59,487 bases of DNA from Candidatus Taylorbacteria bacterium RIFCSPHIGHO2_01_FULL_46_22b (GTDB taxonomy: Bacteria > Patescibacteriota > Minisyncoccia > Phycocordibacterales > DSPV01). Positions 44,272-55,000 of this stretch are shown here, piece after piece; position 1 is the first letter of the stretch, and every line of letters begins with the position of its first letter. Under the pieces are notes generated by a model. That model did no database searches. It was given only the letters and a program-made list of their open reading frames with translations, and was not told where the DNA came from. Both the position numbers and the translations under genes were made by a program. The stretch spans positions 59,318-118,804 of the forward strand of contig MHRF01000007.1 of the NCBI GenBank assembly GCA_001820875.1. The letters are read 5' to 3'.

Positions 44272-44840
44272 TGCGGAAGTGTTTACAAAGAAAAATATAC
44301 TGGCAGAGGAAAGGCGAACAAGGATTTACCTTGGTCGAAACACTGCTTGCTATCGCCATTTTGTCGATGGCAGTGCTCGGGCCTCTCGGGATTGCTTCAA
44401 GTGGGATTTCTGCAGCGACGATCGGGAAAGATCGCTTGATTGCAGTTGCACTTGGGCAAGATGTATTTGAATATGTGAGGGGGGTGAGAGATGCGAACCG
44501 CCTTTTGAATGTAGATGGAAATCCATCGAACGATGTTCCGTGGCTCTCTGGTATTTCTCTGTGTACTGCACCGCTTGGGTGTAAAGTAGACACCACAGCA
44601 GCAAGCAATAACATTGTTAAGATAAATTCAAATACGAGTGAAGGGCTTCTGAAATTTGATAAAAATGTTACAAAGCTCTATGGGTATAATGGTTCGTGGG
44701 GGGATTCAGCCTTTACGCGTTGGTTTACGGTAGAGGAATTAGTTGCCAATCGCGAAGCAAGGATTATTGTTACGGTGACATGGCGTACACTGTTTAGCAC
44801 TAAGAATGTGATAGTGAGTGGGAATCTTATGAATTGGTAA
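44271..44840 (+). CDS. minor pilin
   Basis: Prepilin-like N-terminus QGFTLVETLLAIAILSMAV. TAATG overlap with the upstream gene. Confidence 0.7.
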   Translation: MRKCLQRKIYWQRKGEQGFTLVETLLAIAILSMAVLGPLGIASSGISAATIGKDRLIAVALGQDVFEYVRGVRDANRLLNVDGNPSNDVPWLSGISLCTAPLGCKVDTTAASNNIVKINSNTSEGLLKFDKNVTKLYGYNGSWGDSAFTRWFTVEELVANREARIIVTVTWRTLFSTKNVIVSGNLMNW

Positions 44841-44842
44841 AT

Positions 44843-47499
<2,657 letters not shown>

Positions 47500-47510
47500 A
47501 TAAGAGATGC

Positions 47511-48053
47511 ATGTTCCTAGATAAGATGCAAAAAAGAACATACTCTGTTGAGCCCTATAATCCAATATGGGTATCAAAGTTTGGTGAAATCAAGGCAATG
47601 CTACAAAAAGTTTTTGCTTCAAAAGCTTTGTCTATAGAACACATTGGGAGCACATCAATTCCTCATATGAGTGCTAAACCAGTGATTGATGTATTGGTTG
47701 TTGTCTCAAGGATGGAACCCTTTGTGAAAGAAAAAGAAGAAATGGGTAGGTATGGATATCAGAGTGCTGATAATTATATTGCTCCCGATACCGTAATCTT
47801 TTTCAAGACTGAAATGGGAGATAGAAAGATTGAGAATATACATATTTGTGTGAAAGATTCTCCTAAAGCAGTTCAATTTATTACCACAAGAGATTTTTTA
47901 AGAGCTCATCCAGAAAGAGCAAAACAATATTCTGATCTGAAAGAGAAATTAAATAAAAAGTTTCCAGATGATTATCCTGCGTATAGAAAAGCAAAACAGA
48001 GTTTTCTTGGCGAGACCGAAAGATTAACTCAAAAGTGGCTTAAACAAGATTGA
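47511..48053 (+). CDS. GrpB family protein
   Basis: EHIGSTSIPHMSAKPVIDVLVVV and HIC...FRD.LR..P...Y..LK are typical of GrpB/UPF0157. Confidence 0.8.
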   Translation: MFLDKMQKRTYSVEPYNPIWVSKFGEIKAMLQKVFASKALSIEHIGSTSIPHMSAKPVIDVLVVVSRMEPFVKEKEEMGRYGYQSADNYIAPDTVIFFKTEMGDRKIENIHICVKDSPKAVQFITTRDFLRAHPERAKQYSDLKEKLNKKFPDDYPAYRKAKQSFLGETERLTQKWLKQD

Positions 48054-48127
48054 AGTATAGAAATGCAAGTCGATTCGACTCGCTGCAGAGTATTTTCGAT
48101 GTGTTCACTTAGTGTTATGATTGCGGT

Positions 48128-48409
48128 ATGTTATCCCCCAAAGATATAGATAATTTGGCTGAATTAGCCCGTTTGGATATTCCTGCAGATGAGAAAGAGA
48201 CCTTGCGAAAAGAGGTCGATGCTATTTTGGGTTATGTCAGTGAAGTGCAAAAATTATCAGGAGGAGAGGTAAAGAAAGTAGCTGGGGAAGTTCGCAATGT
48301 AATGCGCGAGGATGTGAATCCTCATCTGTCAGGCGCATATACCGAGGAATTGCTTGCGGAAGCTCCTCGTCGGCAGGACAATTTTGTGAAGGTAAAAAAG
48401 ATTCTTTAA
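48128..48409 (+). CDS. gatC: Asp/Glu-tRNA amidotransferase subunit C
   Basis: 93 aa. LAELARLDI..DE and the position directly upstream of gatA. Confidence 0.9.
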   Translation: MLSPKDIDNLAELARLDIPADEKETLRKEVDAILGYVSEVQKLSGGEVKKVAGEVRNVMREDVNPHLSGAYTEELLAEAPRRQDNFVKVKKIL

Positions 48410-48413
48410 ACGC

Positions 48414-49853
48414 ATGAAGATTGATTTGTCGAAACTTTCTATTACGACTGCGCATGAGCACCTGACTCGGGGTGATTTTTCCGCGCGAGAACTTGCCGAG
48501 GGGTATCTCTCGGTTATTGAAAAGAAAAATCCTGAAATTAATGCCTATCTTGAGGTGTTTGATGATGTTTTGGATCAAGCACACGAGGCGGATAAACGTA
48601 TCGCGGATAAAAAAGAGGTGGGACTTTTGACCGGTATCCCGCTTGCCGTCAAAGATAATATTTTGATCAAAGGTTACCGGTGTGGTGCTGCTTCGAAGAT
48701 TCTTGAAGGATATCACGCACCGTATGACTCAACAGTGATTCAGAAATTAAAAGCGCAGGGGGCAGTATTTCTCGGTCGCACCAATATGGATGAGTTTGCT
48801 ATGGGTAGTTCGACTGAAAATTCTGCGTACGGGCCAACCAAAAACCCTCATGATACATCTCGAGTTCCTGGGGGTTCGTCCGGAGGAAGTGCAGCGGCAG
48901 TGGCGATGGATGGCGCGCTTGCGGCATTGGGATCTGACACTGGGGGGTCAATTCGGCAACCGGCGGCATTTTGCGGTTTGGTTGGATTTAAGCCGACTTA
49001 CGGAGCAGTCTCGCGTCATGGATTGATGGCAATGGGATCTTCGCTTGATCAAATTGGGCCGCTGACCAAGACAGTGGGGGATGCAGAGATTATTTTTAAC
49101 GCAATTCGTGGAAAGGATCCCAATGATAGTACCTCACGAGATTTTCCTGATAGCTCAAAAAAACCATTGCGAGTGGGAGTATTGACACATTTTCTCCACG
49201 AGTCACAGGCGAGAAGTATAGATAAGCAGGTTTTTGACAATTTAGGCGAAGCAGCCAAGATAGTTGGCGATTTTGGAGAGACAGTGGATATCAAATTATC
49301 GGATAACCCACCTTTAGGCTACTCTCTAGCAACCTACTACATCATTATGCCCGCCGAAGTGTCTTCCAATCTTGCCCGTTTTGATGGAATGAAGTTCGGT
49401 GCTCTCGAAGAGGGTGGCAATCTTATGGAGGATTATTTCAAAACTCGTGGACGATTGTTTGGAAAAGAGGTTCGTCGTCGAATCATTCTTGGAACTTATG
49501 TACTCTCGTCGGGTTATTACGATGCGTATTACAACAAAGCAAATGTGGTTCGAAGTCTTATTCAAAAAACGTTTGAAAATATCTGGGAAAAGGTTGACGT
49601 ACTTATGACGCCAACAACCCCTACACCAGCATTCAAGATTGGAGAGAAAACAAACGACCCGATGCAGATGTATCTTGCCGATATTTTTACGGTGACGGCA
49701 AATATCGCTGGCGTTCCCGCCATCTCTATCCCATCGGGATTTGCGGAGGTGGACGGAAAGAAACTACCACTTGGCATCCAATTTATGGCTCCCCACGGAA
49801 GGGAAGATATACTCTTTGAAATAGGGAAGAAGTTTGAGAAAATTAGCTCCTAG
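48414..49853 (+). CDS. gatA: Asp/Glu-tRNA amidotransferase subunit A
   Basis: Amidase signature GGSSGGSAAAVA and the KDNI Lys. 479 aa. Confidence 0.95.
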   Translation: MKIDLSKLSITTAHEHLTRGDFSARELAEGYLSVIEKKNPEINAYLEVFDDVLDQAHEADKRIADKKEVGLLTGIPLAVKDNILIKGYRCGAASKILEGYHAPYDSTVIQKLKAQGAVFLGRTNMDEFAMGSSTENSAYGPTKNPHDTSRVPGGSSGGSAAAVAMDGALAALGSDTGGSIRQPAAFCGLVGFKPTYGAVSRHGLMAMGSSLDQIGPLTKTVGDAEIIFNAIRGKDPNDSTSRDFPDSSKKPLRVGVLTHFLHESQARSIDKQVFDNLGEAAKIVGDFGETVDIKLSDNPPLGYSLATYYIIMPAEVSSNLARFDGMKFGALEEGGNLMEDYFKTRGRLFGKEVRRRIILGTYVLSSGYYDAYYNKANVVRSLIQKTFENIWEKVDVLMTPTTPTPAFKIGEKTNDPMQMYLADIFTVTANIAGVPAISIPSGFAEVDGKKLPLGIQFMAPHGREDILFEIGKKFEKISS

Positions 49854-49854
49854 C

Positions 49855-51258
49855 ATGGCAGAAGAAAAAAAATTCTCCTCAAAAAAACCAGCCCCGAGTT
49901 CTTCTGGGTGGTTTAGTGGTGGTTCGGACGAGCGGGCAATGGAAGTTTTATTTTTCTTCCTTATTCTGGTTGCAGTGTTTGGTAGTGTAAGTCAATTCTT
50001 AAGCACACACACACTTACATCCACCTTGTTGCCCAAATCCTCTGGACCTAACTCTTTTGCTGATGTAAAAACTCCCATTGGAAAACCCGTTTCACTTGGA
50101 GGTCCGACAGACGTTTTTTCTTCGCCTGGTGGCCCATCAATAGGTTCACAACCCGCTGATGCAAAAGGAGTCGTTACTGCAGGACCTGAATATATAAATG
50201 GAGAACGTTATTGGTATGTTGATTTTATTTCAGGTCCTGACGGCTGGGTTCCAGAGAGGATATTGCGTAACGGTTCAGGAGGAGCTTTTGATCCGGGCGA
50301 CACTCCAGTTGGGTCTTCGGTTAAAACTAAAGGAGATACGAGTGTATTAGGGTCCCCTGGAGGCCCGTCAGTTGGTTCGCAACCTTCGGGCGCTAAAGGA
50401 ACTGTCACCAAAGGTCCATTGTATGCAAATGGACAGAGGTACTGGTTTGTCGACTTTGAATCAGGTCCTGACGGCTGGGTTAGCGAAGAATCTCTTTTGA
50501 ATGGCAATGGCGGCAATTTTAATCCGGGTTCTACTGCAGTGGGTTCTCGAATCAAGGCTGTGCAGAATCCCACTAGGGTATATGACGCTGCTGGAGGATC
50601 TTCTGTTGGTACACAGAGGGCAGGTGCAGAAGGTACTATCACTGCAGGACCAGTATATAAAAATGGCGTGCGCTATTGGTATGTGGATTTTGAGTCGGGA
50701 CCCGACGGATGGGTTGCTGAAGCAGATATGCAGATAGTAAAGTCCGAGAATGTTATTTCCAAAACAATTCGTATTATTGGAAACTTCTTCAAGATACTTT
50801 CGATCATTCTTTCTTTACTTTTTTTGTCAGGTATTATTTATTCAGTTATTCGATCAAGTCAGATTGCCGCCGAAGAGCATAAGAAGGAAAAGGAGGGAGA
50901 GAAAAAGGCTGCACAGGGAGGAACAGCATCTCACACAGACCATCTGAATCGCCGCTGGGACAGAGTGATTACTCATGTGCAGTCGGAAAATCCGTCAGAT
51001 TGGAGGTTGTCAATTTTGGAAGCAGATATCATTTTGTCGGAGCTTTTGGATCGTATGGGGTATTCCGGAGAGAATGTAGGAGAGAAACTTCAGCGTATTG
51101 AGAAAAGCGATTTCAATACACTCGATGATGCATGGGAAGCGCATAAAGTTCGCAATTTGATTGCCCACCAAGGTTCTGACTATGTCTTGTCACAACGAGA
51201 GGCCCAACGAGTGGTTTCTCTCTACGCAAACACATTTCGAGAATTCAAATACTTGTAA
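49855..51258 (+). CDS. two-TM membrane protein with three tandem ~85-aa extracytoplasmic repeats and a cytoplasmic helical domain
   Basis: The repeat GGPS.GSQP..AKG.VT.GP.Y.NG.RYW.VDF.SGPDGWV.E occurs three times and looks SH3b-like. The start was set at MAEEKKF, right after the gatA stop. Confidence 0.7.
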   Translation: MAEEKKFSSKKPAPSSSGWFSGGSDERAMEVLFFFLILVAVFGSVSQFLSTHTLTSTLLPKSSGPNSFADVKTPIGKPVSLGGPTDVFSSPGGPSIGSQPADAKGVVTAGPEYINGERYWYVDFISGPDGWVPERILRNGSGGAFDPGDTPVGSSVKTKGDTSVLGSPGGPSVGSQPSGAKGTVTKGPLYANGQRYWFVDFESGPDGWVSEESLLNGNGGNFNPGSTAVGSRIKAVQNPTRVYDAAGGSSVGTQRAGAEGTITAGPVYKNGVRYWYVDFESGPDGWVAEADMQIVKSENVISKTIRIIGNFFKILSIILSLLFLSGIIYSVIRSSQIAAEEHKKEKEGEKKAAQGGTASHTDHLNRRWDRVITHVQSENPSDWRLSILEADIILSELLDRMGYSGENVGEKLQRIEKSDFNTLDDAWEAHKVRNLIAHQGSDYVLSQREAQRVVSLYANTFREFKYL

Positions 51259-51301
51259 TTTGTAGGAGCAAATTTTCTGTGGTACAGTGTTAACTTCGCA
51301 T

Positions 51302-51372
51302 AGCGGGGTAGAGTAACAGTAATTCGTCAGGCTCATAACCTGAAGATGCCCGTGCAATTCGGGCCCCCGCAA
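51302..51372 (+). tRNA. initiator-like tRNA-Met (CAU) with atypical D- and T-loops
   Basis: AGCGGGG...CCCCGCA-A resembles E. coli tRNA-fMet. Features: 1:72 mismatch (A:A), A11:U24, anticodon loop CTCATAA. The D-loop AACAGTA lacks GG, and the T-loop is TGCAATT instead of TTCRANY. Confidence 0.6.
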
Positions 51373-51444
51373 CAAGCATGTACCGTTGTTGAATCCATTG
51401 GACGTATAGAGTACAATAGGAGTGTATTCGTTTAATTTACTTAT

Positions 51445-51657
51445 ATGGATGTTCAATTTGGAGACGAAGAAAATCAGAGAGAGATATATCAATTCAAATC
51501 GAAAGCGGTCCTAGGGGATTCACGGACGCCGCACATGGCGCGTTGGTTAGTGAAGACAGGTATTGTAAAGAGTGAGAAATCAGCAGGCACTTTAATGTTG
51601 CTTATTACGATCGCGTGTTTCATTGCTGCTGGAATAATTCTCTGGTCCCTATTTTAA
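51445..51657 (+). CDS. small C-tail-anchored membrane protein (70 aa)
   Basis: An ORF with a C-terminal TM helix, followed by a strong terminator. Confidence 0.5.
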   Translation: MDVQFGDEENQREIYQFKSKAVLGDSRTPHMARWLVKTGIVKSEKSAGTLMLLITIACFIAAGIILWSLF

Positions 51658-51668
51658 ATTTGTTTTGT

Positions 51669-51704
51669 AAAAGGCCTCCGCGTGTTGCACGCGGAGGCCT
51701 TTTA
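51669..51704 (+). terminator. intrinsic terminator
   Basis: AAAAGGCCTCCGCGTG-TTGC-ACGCGGAGGCCTTTT. Confidence 0.8.
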
Positions 51705-51774
51705 CTTTATTGTTAAGGCGTCAGGAAGGGTGTGTTTAGGCTGGGAAACAGAGGATTTTCTCTTTGTTAGAACT

Positions 51775-51847
51775 GACGGAGTAGCTCAGTTGGTAGAGCA
51801 CGGGACTCATAAGCCCGGGGTCGTGGGTTCAATCCCCACCTCCGTCA
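51775..51847 (+). tRNA. tRNA with CAU anticodon (elongator Met type; Ile2 not excluded)
   Basis: Folded by hand: acceptor GACGGAG/CTCCGTC with G1:C72 paired, D-arm GCTC-AGTTGGTA-GAGC, anticodon loop CTCATAA, T-arm GTGGG-TTCAATC-CCCAC, discriminator A. Confidence 0.85.
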
Positions 51848-51885
51848 CACGAAGCGAGTAGGAAGGAAGCTTTGCCCTTCGGCAA
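51826..51885 (+). repeat. 60-nt direct repeat, copy 1 (tRNA 3' end plus 38 nt of trailer)
   Basis: GGTTCAATCCCCACCTCCGTCACACGAAGCGAGTAGGAAGGAAGCTTTGCCCTTCGGCAA, identical to 51971-52030. Confidence 0.9.
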
Positions 51886-51970
51886 AGCGCGGAGGGGATT
51901 GAAAAGCTTCTCCCATATTTTTGAGGCATTCTGATGACGAAAAAATGGGAAAGCTGTACTGAACCGGTAC

Positions 51971-52030
51971 GGTTCAATCCCCACCTCCGTCACACGAAGC
52001 GAGTAGGAAGGAAGCTTTGCCCTTCGGCAA
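51971..52030 (+). repeat. 60-nt direct repeat, copy 2
   Basis: Identical to 51826-51885 and 145 nt downstream of it. No 5' tRNA half is present. Confidence 0.9.
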
Positions 52031-52096
52031 GCATGTGGGTCGGAATCAATTATTGATCCACACAAATGCTCTGTGCCCTGCTTGTCCTTTGGTTTC

Positions 52097-55000
52097 ATGT
52101 TCAGAATAGCCTATACTATAGTTGTGTTTGCTATTCAAAATAGTTCGTATCTCATCTCTCGCTCCGCGGTATTGATCGGAACTATTTTTTTAGCTTTCTT
52201 TGTATTTTTTATTACGCCTTTCTCCACGCATGCCGCGATAGTGAATTTTGATGATTTGTCGAGAACATATCGTTCTAGTAGCCCGATACCAACATCTTAT
52301 GGGGGGTTAAATTGGAGTGGTTTCAGGTATACCACTACTGCTGATTACAGCACAATTCCAAGCGGGCGTTCTGTGGCTGCGACTTCCTTACCCAATGCAA
52401 TTTTTTATGATGCGGTTATCTCTCCACATGCAATCAGTTCACTTGAGAATTTTGATTTGATATCGGCGAAGCTTACTTCTGTATGGAAGGACAATCTGCA
52501 AGTGAATGCGAGAGGCTATAGTGACGGAGTATTGAAATATAACAATACCTATACACTAAGCGCTACCACACCCGTTCAGATTGATTTTAACTTTACTGGA
52601 ATCAATCGTGTCGAGTTTGTTCCTTCGGGCGGTGTACAGCATTATGCATTTATACCCAATCCAGCTGACGCCACTGATTTTTACATAGATGATCTTACAT
52701 ATTCCGTAAACAATTGTGTGAAGCTTGAATTAGATATTGGAGGAAATGGGCCAAAGAAGATTGTATTTATGAGAGGGGATGGTTGGAACTCGAGTGTGAA
52801 TGATTTCCTATCAAACGCAAAAATCATTCGAGACAGACTTCTCACTATTGAGCCGTTTGAAACCTATCAAGGACAGTTTTCATTTTACGCCGATCTAAAG
52901 AAGCATAGTCAATCAAGCTCTTTTACTGGCAGTTCTGACTTTGTAAAATCTCAATCAAGTTGTGGAACAGACGGATTTACCTACGTCTATTTTTTCCAGG
53001 ATGCCAATAGGGAAGCTTGGTCAATTCAAGGTAAAGGAGTTTCCTTTCTGGATTACCCTCATTTTGTTGAAGACCCTCTTGATGTAATTCACGAGATGGG
53101 TCATGCCATCGGCAATTTGGATGATGAATATTACAGTAGTACCTACACGCCTGCTTTTCCTCCTGAAGAGACAAATTGCGCATCAGACCCATTTGATACG
53201 TATCGGAATCCTGTTACGAACCGTATGTACGGAGCGGCGCAGCAAGTGGGTTGTTATTATAAGAATGATACATACTATCGCGCAAACGACGAGAGTTTAA
53301 TGGGGAATAATTATGATTCATCTAAAATAGATATACCTGCTAACAAATTTAACGTGCCAAGTTGCGCGCGCCTTGTTGTGGCCATCAAAGGTGAGACTCC
53401 CACTAAAGCCAATGCTGCACAATATTGGCCTGAATGTTTTGTGCTTGATACGGCAAAGAATAGTATTCCTCCAATTCTACCCGCACCAATTATTTCCAGC
53501 ATCACCGGAGGTCCCCCTGGGGGAATGGCCACGATGAAGGGTTCAGGATTTACCCAGACCGGCAACAGCGTTCAATTTATTAGTCCGGTGGACGGTGGAA
53601 TATTTGAGACGACAAATGTACCAAGTTCCGATGGAACAACCCTAACTTTTACTGTGCCGGCAAACCTACCAACTTTATCCCCATCGTCCTCGGGCTATTC
53701 ATTTAAAGCGGGCGCCTTAAATAGTCCGTGGAGTAACCAACTAAACTTACCGAGTTTGCCAAATCTGGGTATGTATCGGGAAAAATTTTCTAAATTACAA
53801 ACCAGCATCCTTGTCGCTATTGATTCTCTTAAGAAAAAACAGACTGCGGCCTTGGCTAATCTTAAGGCCGGAGAAGTGCAAAGAGGCAACCCTCAAATTG
53901 ATGTACCGCTCCAGCTTTTGACGAGAATGAAAAAGAATCTGGAAACTGATGCAAATGGCAGTCTGAAAGATCAAGCGGGCATGGTAAGATTTTTCACTTA
54001 CTTTAAATCTTTGAGTAATTATACTGATTTGGCCTTGGCCGAAGTATTTCTGCGCACTAATGAATTGGCCGGATTTTCATATTTATTCCCGCCTTCTCCG
54101 GATAAACCGATACTGATAAGCTTGCCTGGATCCGGTGGTGAGGGAGGCTGGCGCGGCTCATTCGAGCTTCTTCAAGGAGAAGCTTCAAAATTTAATATTG
54201 TTGTGTATACATACGATTCCGCAACTTTAACGAGCGGTGAGATGACGGATATATTTATTGCTAAATTTGTTAGCAATAAATTGCATGAAAGAAATCCGGT
54301 TATCGTCTCACTTTCAATGGGTTCCACGCTTATCCACTCTGCTATTTTAAGAGATGTCTCAGGGGGGAGTTCCGTTTTTTCCAATAGCTATGTGGTAAGT
54401 ACCGGTTTATTGCCGGGTGGTGCGGCAGAATTTTTGGGATGGATGAAAATATTTGTGCCCCTAGCGCCTTATGCGTACCCTATTTCTCGTGGGACTATTA
54501 ACGTGATGAACCCGACAAACCCGATTTACGTTGATATTGCTAATAATATGCCGCGAATCGCCTCAAAAACAAAAGGAATTTCTTATATCCAAGCTCAATT
54601 TGATCATCATACTGATCCGGAGGTTCAGGGAACCACGTATGCTTCCAATCGAGATAAGACCCTAGCTGGAATGGCGGATGTGGTAAACGTGGTACCTCCC
54701 AAAAAGTATATAAACAATAAAAATCAGATTGAGCAAAACAATGATCATATCAATCTTTTATATGCCACCGAGGTAAAGAATAAAATAAGTTACTATCGAA
54801 ATCTTCTAGAAAACTCGTCTCCTCTAAATGCCAAAGAGCTACCGATTGCATCTGGACGAAGTATATCTCGATGGTTGATGGGAATAGTTCAGAATCTGGG
54901 AGCGCATCTTTCACTCGACAAACATGTATTGGTTGCTTCGGCACAATCGCCAGAAGATCCCAACTTTATTCCAAGTTTTTTTGGCGGACCTGATCAGGAC

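Noticed and set aside
48128-49853. Absence of gatB after gatCA as an anomaly
   Set aside because: gatB is often encoded elsewhere, and nothing in the sequence suggests gene loss.
51190-52098. ORFs 51190-51492(-) and 51829-52098(-)
   Set aside because: They overlap the two CAU tRNAs and the 60-nt repeats, and they have no RBS.
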